From a virus, in the IMG/VR virus record IMGVR_UViG_3300044701_004608, positions 47,783 to 111,782 of that record: DNA of 64,000 nucleotides; one strand, given 5' to 3'. Position 1 is the first letter of the stretch; the number at the start of each line of letters is the position of its first letter. The position numbers and the translations under genes are program-made. Below, piece after piece: positions 47,266-56,418 of this stretch. The notes under the pieces are model-generated. The model was not told the origin of the DNA and did no database searches. It saw nothing but the letters and a program-made list of their open reading frames with translations.

Positions 47266-47678
47266 TCTTTGGCACGGACATAGGCCTCGATGAGTTGGGT
47301 GTTTGGGACACCATGTTGGGCGTAGCCCTTGGTGACCATGAAATAGTAGGAAGTAGAGGGTATCGCTGGGATCTGATTTTCGGGGTTCATCTGGTAAGTG
47401 ATAGCCCGCACGGTCTCCCCGTTCCATTCCACATCCACTTCGAATCGTGTGTAGTAGAGAGGATACCCTTCCAAGGCATCCAACGCCATCAAACAATCCT
47501 CGGTGATCTCCCACAGCACACCATCACAGTATTCGTCGCCCATGTTCATGAGATCGGCGTGGCGGTTGAATGTGAACTTGTAGCCGGGCAATCGGGCGTG
47601 GCCCAGGCTCCGGGCATCGGGGCAACGATGTGCCATCTCCCCCACGTTGGTGTTCATACCATAAGCGAAATATTTCAT
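47238..47678 (-). CDS. Gamma-glutamylcyclotransferase family protein
   Basis: YFAYGMN, GVLWEI, LDALEGYP..Y. Confidence 0.85.
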   Translation of the reverse strand: MKYFAYGMNTNVGEMAHRCPDARSLGHARLPGYKFTFNRHADLMNMGDEYCDGVLWEITEDCLMALDALEGYPLYYTRFEVDVEWNGETVRAITYQMNPENQIPAIPSTSYYFMVTKGYAQHGVPNTQLIEAYVRAKEVDQYFVIS

Positions 47679-47986
47679 GACTGTCGCATACTCTCCATAG
47701 TGATCATTTTACCCAACTCGGCGTTGAAATCCTGCTCGTCGGTGATGATGTAGGCCCGATCATCTGTGCGATCTGTTTTTCGATCATAGACCCGGAAACT
47801 AACAACGAACCCGCCGATCATCTTTTTCACGTTGATGCGGAGTCCATCGTTCCATGGTGTCACATCCTCTTCTACTGTGGCATATTTCGCCGAACTGAGA
47901 CGCGATGTCTCTGCCACATCGGCGATATCTCGATTATCCCAGGCCCACTTACACTTGCGGACAAACCATCGATCAAACCATTTCAT
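47675..47986 (-). CDS. Hypothetical protein
   Basis: Translationally coupled ORF. Confidence 0.65.
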   Translation of the reverse strand: MKWFDRWFVRKCKWAWDNRDIADVAETSRLSSAKYATVEEDVTPWNDGLRINVKKMIGGFVVSFRVYDRKTDRTDDRAYIITDEQDFNAELGKMITMESMRQS

Positions 47987-48372
47987 ACTGCGATCCTTTC
48001 TGTTTCTTTCTTTGTTTTGTTGGCCAGCACGCCAAACACTTCTCGTTTCTCGGCGTTGAGTTTGGCCACACGCTGGCGCTCACGTTCAGCATCTTCAAAC
48101 TTTTTTCGACGCTTGTCATCGGTCATGCGCAACATAGCATCATACTGATGGGCTTTGGCCCAGCCGGTCAAGAATCGTTCCACGTCCGCGAATGTGCCTG
48201 TGTAGATCTCAGCATCTCGGCTGTAGACAGGCAAGGCATCGTCCAAGGGATACAACGACACTACGTCGCCGGTCTCTTTGTAATAGTGTCGGGGTTGATC
48301 CAATCGGAAGCCTAAACCGCGGGCTTGCGATTCTACCCGCTGATACCATTGATAGGTAGCGTAACCGCTCAT
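47983..48372 (-). CDS. Hypothetical protein
   Basis: Translationally coupled ORF. Confidence 0.65.
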   Translation of the reverse strand: MSGYATYQWYQRVESQARGLGFRLDQPRHYYKETGDVVSLYPLDDALPVYSRDAEIYTGTFADVERFLTGWAKAHQYDAMLRMTDDKRRKKFEDAERERQRVAKLNAEKREVFGVLANKTKKETERIAV

Positions 48373-48935
48373 AGATCTTCCTCGTTATTCTTGTTTCGGC
48401 GATGGCTCTTGAGACCTGTCTCTTCAACACCATCTTCATACCATACAGTGACTTCGTCACGCTCTGCGTCTTCCCACTCGGCCATGCTCTCTGATATTCC
48501 AAACATGTCGTCGAGGTCTGCGCCGATCACATCTCGCACGGTGTCAGATTTTTCTCCCGAATACTCGTAATACTCGTCGTCGCCATTGTCATATCGTCCC
48601 ACGAAACACATGCCGGGTTCGTAGTAATATGCCACGACTTCAAAACCTTGCGCCAGCAGTGCTTCATACACTCCCATGGGCGGTGACCATGCTGAGTTAA
48701 ACACCAGTTGTAGTTCATGGGCATCGATGCGATCATCGTTGCCATCGTCCCCACCCACGTCCCACTTGGTGCCCCAGTTTGATACGCAGAAGTCATACCA
48801 TTCGTCTTCTTTATCTTTGGGTAACGGGACGAACTCGCGACAGAACTCGCCGCGCTTGAACGCCGCTTGAGCACGATCCACTTGTGTGGGGTCTTCGTGT
48901 CTCAGTGTCACTGAATTGTCGCACCAATTAGGCAT
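48369..48935 (-). CDS. DUF1281/YubB-like ferredoxin-fold protein
   Basis: MPNWCDN, NWGTKWD, FNSAWSPP, YYEPGM. Confidence 0.75.
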   Translation of the reverse strand: MPNWCDNSVTLRHEDPTQVDRAQAAFKRGEFCREFVPLPKDKEDEWYDFCVSNWGTKWDVGGDDGNDDRIDAHELQLVFNSAWSPPMGVYEALLAQGFEVVAYYYEPGMCFVGRYDNGDDEYYEYSGEKSDTVRDVIGADLDDMFGISESMAEWEDAERDEVTVWYEDGVEETGLKSHRRNKNNEEDL

Positions 48936-48957
48936 CTCTATCTCCAAAAGTTAAAAA

Positions 48958-49177
48958 CTGCTCTGACGGCTCCGTCGCGGTGCATTACTTGTCGACCTAC
49001 CAACGCCTGGTTAGTTCCCACGGGCGGCCATCGCCCCCGTGAACCCCTCAGCAGGACAAATAAGGTGGTAGGATCCTCCGCTCGCCACAGGCCCGTTTAC
49101 GCATTGCCAGCGCCAGTTCGGTTGGACTGGGACCACCCGTGGCCACCACGGCCACTTCATCCTCTGGGTCAGAGTAG
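48958..49177. ncRNA. Candidate structured ncRNA (~220 nt)
   Basis: Intergenic, GC-rich; closing stem CTGCTCTGAC/GTCAGAGTAG and several internal hairpins. Confidence 0.5.
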
Positions 49178-49203
49178 GGGGCGGTTAGTCCCCCGCGCAT
49201 GGT

Positions 49204-49461
49204 TCATCGATGGCGGATGCCGTCGATATAATCTTTGACTTCTTCGCTCACTGTGTCAATCTCGTCGATAGTGGCCAACACCATCATCGTCATAAGTGTG
49301 CGGCATTCTTGCTGATCTCGTTCGGGCAAACTGGCAACGAATGTCTGTGCCTGCTCCATGGTTTCCATGCCCCAGAGTATCTCGCACAGGGCTTTCTGCC
49401 GTTTGTTCAAGCCACCGATCTCAATCACGTTGGATCCTTTGTTGCTCAAGGGCATCGGCAC
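49204..49461 (-). CDS. Hypothetical protein
   Basis: GLNKRQKALCEILW motif; true start may be GTG ~49428. Confidence 0.6.
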   Translation of the reverse strand: MPMPLSNKGSNVIEIGGLNKRQKALCEILWGMETMEQAQTFVASLPERDQQECRTLMTMMVLATIDEIDTVSEEVKDYIDGIRHR

Positions 49462-49597
49462 CCCACCACATGATCGCGAGTCCCACGAACGCCACTAATG
49501 CTTGGATGCCAAGATCAGCATGTGGGTCATAGTCCATAGTGCCAACGGCACCGGCAGTGATCAAAAAACCTACCATGAATCGTATAGTGCCTTTCAT
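49421..49597 (-). CDS. 58-aa membrane protein (not in ORF track)
   Basis: MKGTIRFMVGFLITAGAVGTMD...; GGAGG RBS. Confidence 0.6.
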   Translation of the reverse strand: MKGTIRFMVGFLITAGAVGTMDYDPHADLGIQALVAFVGLAIMWWGADALEQQRIQRD

Positions 49598-49749
49598 CGT
49601 TGTTCCTCCTGTGCCTGTAGGCGCAAGTATTCTTGATTGAGCTCGGCGATACGCTTTTCGTTGCGAGCGTTAGACTCTAGATCCAGTTCGCCGCGGATTT
49701 CAGAAAGATAGATCAACTCTTCTACCACATCGTTCAGGGTCTTAGCCAC
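49594..49749 (-). CDS. 51-aa hypothetical protein (not in ORF track)
   Basis: GTG start with GGAGG RBS; MAKTLNDVVEELIYLSEIRGEL... Confidence 0.55.
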   Translation of the reverse strand: MAKTLNDVVEELIYLSEIRGELDLESNARNEKRIAELNQEYLRLQAQEEQR

Positions 49750-50137
49750 GGATATTGCCTCCTTGTTCGATCAATTGATTGGCTTCGTCGATACACATCT
49801 TGGCACGGACGATGTCGTCATACTCCATGAGGTGCTGGGCATCCGAAAGGATCGAGTATGCTTGGCCTTCGGGTTCAAAGAAGAAGCCACGCTCCTCGCC
49901 GGAATAGAATCGCTGGATAGTGATCTTCACGCGGTTCAGGGTCTGGCGGGCATCTTCGGCTTCGCCCCAGTTCAACTCCTTCCAGGCCGCCATCAGCATC
50001 TCAGTCACGACTTCCTTGGGCGACTTCTGTGCGAGGTAACTGGTCACTGCTTCTTCCACTTGCTCACGGGTGGCACCAAACATGCGGACTTCGCGTTTTT
50101 GGGCGTCTGTGAGTTCTTCGTAAATCGCTGTAGACAT
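49742..50137 (-). CDS. Early hypothetical protein
   Basis: Directly behind an early promoter cassette. Confidence 0.7.
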   Translation of the reverse strand: MSTAIYEELTDAQKREVRMFGATREQVEEAVTSYLAQKSPKEVVTEMLMAAWKELNWGEAEDARQTLNRVKITIQRFYSGEERGFFFEPEGQAYSILSDAQHLMEYDDIVRAKMCIDEANQLIEQGGNIRG

Positions 50138-50200
50138 CGTCTGCTCCTTGTTTTTTACTGTATGTCTATATTGTACGAAAATGGGAATTTCGGGTCAACC
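50135..50200 (-). promoter_or_regulatory. Early promoter + conserved leader cassette
   Basis: TTGACC-N17-TACAAT; near-identical to 47095-47160. Confidence 0.85.
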
Positions 50201-50205
50201 GCTTT

Positions 50206-50250
50206 GGTTAGTGCTCACTTACCTTTGGGCACGGTAAGCAGCCACTAACT
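50206..50250. repeat. Two GGT(T/A)AG-N6-CT(T/A)AC palindromes
   Basis: 50206-50223 and 50233-50250; same family as 10473-10553. Confidence 0.7.
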
Positions 50251-50374
50251 TATCAGTGAGTTCGTCCTGGATCTTGTGCTGGCGCCGTGCTTCACGCACT
50301 TCGCCCAGTAGATAGGCCATATACATGGCATTGCCAAAAGTCAGGATGAACAGGATGGTGTTGAGGGTCGTCAT
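50219..50374 (-). CDS. 51-aa membrane peptide (not in ORF track)
   Basis: MTTLNTILFILTFGNAMYMAYLLGEVRE...; AAGGA RBS; promoter 50411-50442. Confidence 0.55.
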   Translation of the reverse strand: MTTLNTILFILTFGNAMYMAYLLGEVREARRQHKIQDELTDKLVAAYRAQR

Positions 50375-50441
50375 TTTTTGGTCCTTTCAGTGCTTTGTTT
50401 GATTGTTGCTATAATACAACAGAACGTATTTTTTGGTCAAC

Positions 50442-50741
50442 CTACATGCTCCAGTAGGATTCACTGCTAGGTGAGCAATAGTGCGGGGTGTTCACTCGCT
50501 CCTGGAACTCCTCGCCGCTCATGAGGTTGGTCTTGGTCACATGCTTTTCGATCAGCATGTGGAACAGTTCGCTGTCAGCGATGCTCCACTCTGACTCGTT
50601 GATCTCACCTTTTTTGACTAAGCGAGTGAAGGCGGCTTTCACGGCAGCCAAGGTAGCATATGACTCCACTCTCTTCCAGGGATTGTGGCGAGTGTAAGTG
50701 TAGATCCTGGTCGATTCTTTATGGTAAATGACGAAACTCAT
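50442..50741 (-). CDS. Early hypothetical protein
   Basis: Start revised to MSFVIY; C-terminal NLMSG..NTPHYCSPSSESYWSM. Confidence 0.7.
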   Translation of the reverse strand: MSFVIYHKESTRIYTYTRHNPWKRVESYATLAAVKAAFTRLVKKGEINESEWSIADSELFHMLIEKHVTKTNLMSGEEFQERVNTPHYCSPSSESYWSM

Positions 50742-50803
50742 TGCCTTGCTCCTTTTTTTACTATATGTCATTATTTTAGCAAAATGGGAATTTCGGGTCA
50801 ACC
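50739..50803 (-). promoter_or_regulatory. Early promoter + leader cassette
   Basis: TTGACC-N17-TAAAAT; leader ACATATAGTAAAAAAAGGAGCA. Confidence 0.8.
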
Positions 50804-50838
50804 ATTATTTTGTGGCAAAAAAGCCACAAAAAACCCCG

Positions 50839-51051
50839 CTATCTGCGGGGTTCTAGTGCTTGTAGGCTCTGGCGTTTTTGCTCACGCTGTAAGTGATGCC
50901 GATACTCGCGGCGCAACCACCAGCGGAACTTTTGGAAATACTCCCGTTCGCTCAACACCGGTTCGGCCAGAGAGAAATGCTCCTCGCAGTTCTCTACCCA
51001 AAGGTTGTGTACCCAACCGCGGAATGGTCCCCAGGGCCGGGTGCTACTCAT
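50839..51051 (-). CDS. Hypothetical protein
   Basis: FRGWVHNLWVENCEE..YFQKFRWWLRREY. Confidence 0.65.
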   Translation of the reverse strand: MSSTRPWGPFRGWVHNLWVENCEEHFSLAEPVLSEREYFQKFRWWLRREYRHHLQREQKRQSLQALEPRR

Positions 51052-51200
51052 TCTTCTTTGCCCCGGGGGTCTAGATATTGCTTGAGTGCCCGCATGGCCT
51101 TGCGGGCGGTGTCAAACACGAATTCTTGATCTTCATCTTCCATATGCACCACTAGGATGAAGCCATTAGCCGCTTTGCGGATTTCGATCGATTCAAACAT
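51048..51200 (-). CDS. 50-aa hypothetical protein (not in ORF track)
   Basis: MFESIEIRKAANGFILVV..EFVF; GAGG RBS. Confidence 0.6.
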   Translation of the reverse strand: MFESIEIRKAANGFILVVHMEDEDQEFVFDTARKAMRALKQYLDPRGKEE

Positions 51201-51268
51201 CACTTTACCTCACTTTGATTGACGATAGTGATATGTTAGCAGGTCTAGACTTTGTTGTCAATGACATA

Positions 51269-52432
51269 TCATTCCAAAAAGTATGGTGGCGAGATCATAC
51301 CTTTGAGTCCTGCTTCGATATTGTTAGTGTTCTGATACCAATATTTGTCAAGGCTAGCTAGATGTTCTGTTAACCGTTGGAAAGGTTGATCGAAGATGAC
51401 GTCTTTCCTCCAATATTCATCACGTAGACTACGCAATACGCTCATTGGTTTGCCCATGCTGAACGTATATGGATTAAAGCCTGGATAGATCAGCCAATTC
51501 AATATCTCACGATAACTGAGTCCGTCGCTGGTTCCTGGCTTGCAAAAAGTCTCCTCGATCATCGGTATACGGATTCGTCGATTATCGTCACGTATGTCCT
51601 CGTTGATCTGCATGATCTCTCGATTCTTTTTAAGGAACCTCATCAGGACATGTCCTTGCTTACAAATTAAATCACAAGATTCAGGCGCCCAATAAAATAA
51701 TTCATCATGTTCCCAGTCTCGAGCTAGTATCTGTGTCCGTATGCTCGGTCCAGTGTCAATCATGTCAACGAAACGAATACAATATTTTCCATCGACGATA
51801 TAAATTCGTGGCTTTTCTATACCAAATATAAACGCATGTGTCAATGACTGTTCGGCCAGTCGAAGATAGTCGGGATCTGACTCTCTCACGAAACCCAGCG
51901 CAAGATGAGTGATTCCAAACGCCGAATTAGTCCAATATGCTAGATTATTTTGAAGGGATGGGTTCAACAGTATTTTATAAACGATGTCGCTAAGATCGAT
52001 CACTTTGTGTTTGAAAGATACTCCACGCTTTTTGAGTTCTTCTAACTTAGGATAGCTGACTTGGTATTGTTCGGCATGGAAAAAATTGTCCCGGCGCGGA
52101 TCTAGTGCGTGGAAGTTGTAAGTGACGATCTCATCTATCTTCAACCCATTGTCGACGAATGTGTTGACTATGTTACCCGAGTCGGCACCGCCACTGTAGA
52201 AGATCGAAACGTAGTCGTACTTTTCTCTGATCTCTTTCGCCCGGCGAGCATAAAGGTCTTCCAATGATTCGGTGGGCTCGACACGCCAGTTGTATGATTT
52301 AAAAACCTCTTCATTGAAATGCCAATGGGGATGTATCCCGGTCCTGGCATGCGCTTCGATGGCTTCGACCTTGCTGTAGGTTTTAAATTCCCCCACACGA
52401 TAGTAGCCGAGTTTATCTTTTTCTGGATTCAT
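51269..52432 (-). CDS. PP-loop (adenine nucleotide alpha-hydrolase-like) protein
   Basis: YSGGADS; paralog of 55135-56394. Confidence 0.7.
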   Translation of the reverse strand: MNPEKDKLGYYRVGEFKTYSKVEAIEAHARTGIHPHWHFNEEVFKSYNWRVEPTESLEDLYARRAKEIREKYDYVSIFYSGGADSGNIVNTFVDNGLKIDEIVTYNFHALDPRRDNFFHAEQYQVSYPKLEELKKRGVSFKHKVIDLSDIVYKILLNPSLQNNLAYWTNSAFGITHLALGFVRESDPDYLRLAEQSLTHAFIFGIEKPRIYIVDGKYCIRFVDMIDTGPSIRTQILARDWEHDELFYWAPESCDLICKQGHVLMRFLKKNREIMQINEDIRDDNRRIRIPMIEETFCKPGTSDGLSYREILNWLIYPGFNPYTFSMGKPMSVLRSLRDEYWRKDVIFDQPFQRLTEHLASLDKYWYQNTNNIEAGLKGMISPPYFLE

Positions 52433-52445
52433 CGTTATATAAGAA

Positions 52446-52480
52446 AACACCGAGACCGGTCCCTAAACCGACTCGGTGTT
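52446..52480 (-). terminator. Hairpin downstream of tRNA-Thr
   Basis: AACACCGAG...CTCGGTGTT followed by TTCTT on the minus strand. Confidence 0.6.
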
Positions 52481-52485
52481 GTGTT

Positions 52486-52560
52486 TGGTGCTGGTTGTCG
52501 GATTTGAACTGACGACCTACCGCTTACAAGGCGGTTGCTCTACCCCTGAGCTAAACCAGC
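52486..52560 (-). tRNA. tRNA-Thr(TGT)
   Basis: Cloverleaf; CT-TGT-AA loop; encoded CCA. Confidence 0.93.
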
Positions 52561-52583
52561 GTTTACTTCAATCAAGTTATATT

Positions 52584-52766
52584 TTAGCCTAAGCCGACGT
52601 TGTTGTCAACTTCTTCGAGCTCTTTAGTGATGTCAATGTCACCGTCTTCAGTGACGATTGTCTCGACTACGTTTTGTTTCTTCTTGCTGAAGATACGATC
52701 GAAGTTGTTGGAGAACTCTTCCTGGCTAACAGAAAAAGGTCTTGGAGAGGATCCTTTGCCTGACAT
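52584..52766 (-). CDS. Hypothetical protein
   Basis: GKGSSPRP..F.NNFDRIF motif; AAGGAG RBS. Confidence 0.65.
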   Translation of the reverse strand: MSGKGSSPRPFSVSQEEFSNNFDRIFSKKKQNVVETIVTEDGDIDITKELEEVDNNVGLG

Positions 52767-52780
52767 CGTTACTTATCTCC

Positions 52781-53353
52781 TTAATCAAACCAGATATTAT
52801 TATTTACACTCACTTGGAAACTCACACGCACGTTTTCGATGTCTTGTACACCATGTAGGACCATGGTGTTGAGCAGCACCCATTGTCCCAGTGGAAATTG
52901 GACCTTTTCTAGTACGCGGAGCTTGCTGAAATCATTACAGACATCTTGTCGATTCGTCCTCACGATGGGCTTGCCTTCTTCCTCATAGAAGTAAGTAGCG
53001 GTATTTGGGCCGCCGGGCTCGATTAAGTATAGCATGGTAAAATCTCGGGTCAAGTCCGTGTGTGGGCCTTGATGCCGTCCTAGCTTACCGTTTGTGAAGC
53101 TCACTCCACAGTCGAAGCCTTCGGGGTGGATGTTCTCATGCACCCAATCATAGAACTCACGATTGATGTCCAAGCGAGTCTGATACGTGACAGGTTCTTC
53201 TTTACCGTCGATGATGAGCTTGCGGCTCTTATACCAGTCATCAAGATTGTCCTCGGGCTTGTCTGTGTCTACGAACTGTTTCAAATCTAGTGCCGAGTCG
53301 ATGAAATGCTGTGGCACAGGAGGGAGATTTTTTAGTACGACATAAGTGAACAT
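52781..53353 (-). CDS. Cupin/2OG-Fe(II)-oxygenase-like protein
   Basis: PHTD...LHGV facial triad; paralogs at 53986 and 56419. Confidence 0.7.
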   Translation of the reverse strand: MFTYVVLKNLPPVPQHFIDSALDLKQFVDTDKPEDNLDDWYKSRKLIIDGKEEPVTYQTRLDINREFYDWVHENIHPEGFDCGVSFTNGKLGRHQGPHTDLTRDFTMLYLIEPGGPNTATYFYEEEGKPIVRTNRQDVCNDFSKLRVLEKVQFPLGQWVLLNTMVLHGVQDIENVRVSFQVSVNNNIWFD

Positions 53354-53364
53354 TTGATTTTCCT

Positions 53365-53646
53365 TTAAAACCAGCCCATAGCTCGGCTGAATCCTAATAT
53401 ATTAGCGGCCACGAAGTAAGCTGTCAATAGCATCGGCCATGCTAACTTCCTGCGATAGTAGGAGATCACAGCACAGATCGATCCAACGAAGAACCCAGGA
53501 TAAACGACTCGCATGTCTGGGGCCGCGGCCGACCATGCCAGTGTCAAGCTCGCTCCTACTGTGAACACGAAGCTAACTATCTCAAGGTAGAACGCTATGC
53601 GATCACTATGATAGCTTTGCTTCCAAAAATTTATGATGGTTTGCAA
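53365..53646 (-). CDS. Small membrane protein
   Basis: Three TM helices. Confidence 0.65.
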   Translation of the reverse strand: MQTIINFWKQSYHSDRIAFYLEIVSFVFTVGASLTLAWSAAAPDMRVVYPGFFVGSICAVISYYRRKLAWPMLLTAYFVAANILGFSRAMGWF

Positions 53647-53717
53647 TCTAAGTATCTCATTGTGGGTAGGTATTTTAGTGCCGATAATAAATACAAAAAA
53701 TAACAGGATTCGGTGCC

Positions 53718-53885
53718 ATGGACTATAAAATTTACATTAACGATCAGCTTTACAAGACGGTTACTACGTCTGACGGTTATAACTATGTTGAAATCATGCA
53801 AGACATCCAGCGTGACAAAGATGCTGGTGAATTGAATGCTTTTGGTATCAATGCCGGAATGTCTGTCAAAGTCGAACAACAGTAA
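53718..53885 (+). CDS. 55-aa protein (not in ORF track)
   Basis: MDYKIYINDQLYKTVTTSDGYNYVEIMQDIQRDKDAGELNAFGINAGMSVKVEQQ; TAAATA and AGGA upstream. Confidence 0.65.
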   Translation: MDYKIYINDQLYKTVTTSDGYNYVEIMQDIQRDKDAGELNAFGINAGMSVKVEQQ

Positions 53886-53985
53886 TCTACTACTTTTATT
53901 TAGCATTTCGAGTTTGGTTGGGAATTATCCCAGCCAAATTCATAACGATTAAATATCGTTATATCCTTCAAATTTAAAATCACCA

Positions 53986-54561
53986 ATGGAAAAAAATTTC
54001 ACCTATAGGTTACTTCCTGACCTTCCTGCTCCTCCAAAAGCCCTCATCGATCAGATCGATCGTTCTTTTCGCCCCGAGGTCAATGATATTGGGGCCATGG
54101 GGAAACGGACTTTAACAAACTGGAACGGAAATTATACAGGCCCGGCGACAAGAAATATAAGGCGCCAGTTCAATGAAGAATACTTGGAATGGGTCCGAAC
54201 GCATATTACCCCTAATTTCCAGAACGCCAGTCTTATGTATTGCTGGGGTTCAAAAGATATTCCTAGCACCGGGGCACATACCGACTATACAAGAGATTAT
54301 GTATTACTCTATAATCTTTCTGTTGGTGGGCCCAATGCAAAGTTGTGCTTTTGGAAACAAGAGGGCCAAGAGCTTATAAGAGACCGCGGGGCAGAAGTCG
54401 GCGAATTTGAGGGCCTCGACTTAGTTGACAGCATCATCGGTCCCGAAAACGTGTGGTATCTTACCAATACAAGAATACTCCACAGCACAGAAAACGTAGA
54501 TAGCCTCAGGCTCAATCTACAAGTAAGTTTCGACACAAAACTTCCCAAGGAAATATTATGA
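53986..54561 (+). CDS. Cupin/2OG-Fe(II)-oxygenase-like protein
   Basis: TGAHTD...LHS..R. Confidence 0.7.
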   Translation: MEKNFTYRLLPDLPAPPKALIDQIDRSFRPEVNDIGAMGKRTLTNWNGNYTGPATRNIRRQFNEEYLEWVRTHITPNFQNASLMYCWGSKDIPSTGAHTDYTRDYVLLYNLSVGGPNAKLCFWKQEGQELIRDRGAEVGEFEGLDLVDSIIGPENVWYLTNTRILHSTENVDSLRLNLQVSFDTKLPKEIL

Positions 54562-55109
54562 AAGTCGGTATAACCGGTTCGACATGGGGCATTGGCGCTT
54601 CGATAAGAGAACGACTCGAAGAACTAGGACACGAAGTCCAGGACTTCAGCCGTAGCGGAGGTTGGGATATTTCTGATCCCGGGACTCGTAAACGCATCGT
54701 GGAAGCACTCGCCGACTGCGACATGTTCGTCAACAACGCACACTCGGGGTTCGCACAAGTAGAGATGTTGTTTGAAGCACAAGAAGCCTGGCGTGGCCAA
54801 AAGAAACTCATAGTCAACATCGGTTCCAGCATCACCATGCGCTGGGATACCAAGAATCGAGACAGCAGATATCGCAACGAAAAGCTGGCCTTAGACGATG
54901 CTTGTGAATTCCTATGGAATCGTGATGCTTGGCCTCACATCATGCTGTTCAAACCCTGTGCCACTGACACCGCTCGCATGGCACACTGGTCGGGTGCCAA
55001 GGTAGATCCCGCAGACATCGCGGACTTCCTGGTCTATTGCGCTGGCCAAAAAAAATTCAGGATACAACAGGTTGGCATAGCCATCAATCCTGCTGATCCT
55101 GAAGAATAA
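54558..55109 (+). CDS. Short-chain dehydrogenase/reductase
   Basis: TGSTWGIG, FVNNA, NIGSS, YRNEK (YxxxK). Confidence 0.85.
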   Translation: MKVGITGSTWGIGASIRERLEELGHEVQDFSRSGGWDISDPGTRKRIVEALADCDMFVNNAHSGFAQVEMLFEAQEAWRGQKKLIVNIGSSITMRWDTKNRDSRYRNEKLALDDACEFLWNRDAWPHIMLFKPCATDTARMAHWSGAKVDPADIADFLVYCAGQKKFRIQQVGIAINPADPEE

Positions 55110-55134
55110 AAATTCTATCTGACATCATTCAATT

Positions 55135-56394
55135 ATGACCGACATCACTAATCCCAAAGATAAATTTGGTTATCATACCATGGGAGATCTCAGAGTCTAC
55201 AATAAAATCGAGACTATTAAACCACCGTTTCAACTTAATTCCAAAGATAAATTTGGGTATTATACTGTAGACGATTTCAAAACCTATAGTAAAATCGAGG
55301 CCGTTGAAACCGCCGATCGAACGAAACGACTTGTTAAATGGCATTTTAACGATTTCGAATATTCCAATTACAATTGGAAGATTGAGCCAACAGAGACATT
55401 AGATGAACTGTACGCTCGCCGGGCATGGCAGATACGGAAAGACTATGATTATGTAGTGATTTTATACAGCGGCGGTATCGACTCACAGAACATCGTTGAC
55501 ACATTTATCAAAAATAACATACCCATCGACGAGTTGGCTACCTTAGACTATCATCAACTCGACCCTCGTCCCGATAGCCATTTCCATGCCGAGCATACTT
55601 ATGTCACTTATCCGGCAATCAAGATGCTTAAAGACAAAGGAATAAGATTCCGACATCGTGCGATCGACCTTTCTGAAATATCAAGAGATGTCTTACTAGA
55701 TCCCAAATGGGATGCGGATCGACCATACTATGGAAATACACATTCCTCTGTGATGCACATATCAAAAACTTATATACGAGAGAGAACTAAAGATTACATG
55801 GATATCATTGATTCCGGGAAAAAACTAGTTCTCGTATGGGGGTGTGATAAACCACGCCTCAAAATTGGATCTGCAGGAAATCTAGAGGTTGAGTTTGTCG
55901 ATACAGTAGGATCGGCTGTTGGTATACGAACTCAGATGTTGAATCGAGAATGGGAACACGACGAATGCTTTTATTGGGCCCCCGAGACTTGTGACATAAT
56001 CTGTAAACAGATACATATACTTAAACGATTCATCCAAACCAATCAGTTTTTTTCCCTTGTTCCAAAATTGTTATTAGACGATAAGATCGATGACCCTGTG
56101 TTATTAAAGTTCCTCGGTGATCGAGGCATCAACAAAGGGTTAGTATACCGAAACATATTAAACTGGCTGATATATACAAATTTCAACTGGGGCATGTTTA
56201 GTACCGGAAAACCACCACTAACGATAGCCAATGTATATAGCCCCAGGGACGAATGCTGGCACAAAGACATAGTTTTTCGCAGACAGTCCGACTTGGTCGC
56301 TCAGTATTATCATACTATCGGAAAACACTGGCTCAGGAATCCCGATACCCCTGCTGCTGGAATGAAAATATTTGGAATCAGATATCCAATCTGA
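55135..56394 (+). CDS. PP-loop protein with duplicated N-terminal module
   Basis: YSGGIDS; KDKFGY..YxKIE occurs twice. Confidence 0.7.
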   Translation: MTDITNPKDKFGYHTMGDLRVYNKIETIKPPFQLNSKDKFGYYTVDDFKTYSKIEAVETADRTKRLVKWHFNDFEYSNYNWKIEPTETLDELYARRAWQIRKDYDYVVILYSGGIDSQNIVDTFIKNNIPIDELATLDYHQLDPRPDSHFHAEHTYVTYPAIKMLKDKGIRFRHRAIDLSEISRDVLLDPKWDADRPYYGNTHSSVMHISKTYIRERTKDYMDIIDSGKKLVLVWGCDKPRLKIGSAGNLEVEFVDTVGSAVGIRTQMLNREWEHDECFYWAPETCDIICKQIHILKRFIQTNQFFSLVPKLLLDDKIDDPVLLKFLGDRGINKGLVYRNILNWLIYTNFNWGMFSTGKPPLTIANVYSPRDECWHKDIVFRRQSDLVAQYYHTIGKHWLRNPDTPAAGMKIFGIRYPI

Positions 56395-56418
56395 CCAAAA
56401 AGAAGGTTAAATATCTAT

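Noticed and set aside
53631-53906. Minus-strand 91-aa ORF
   Set aside because: It overlaps the better-supported plus-strand 53718-53885, which has a promoter box and RBS.
53718-56394. Lasso-peptide cluster
   Set aside because: No B1/B2 leader-peptidase genes and no convincing lasso leader/core in the 55-aa ORF.
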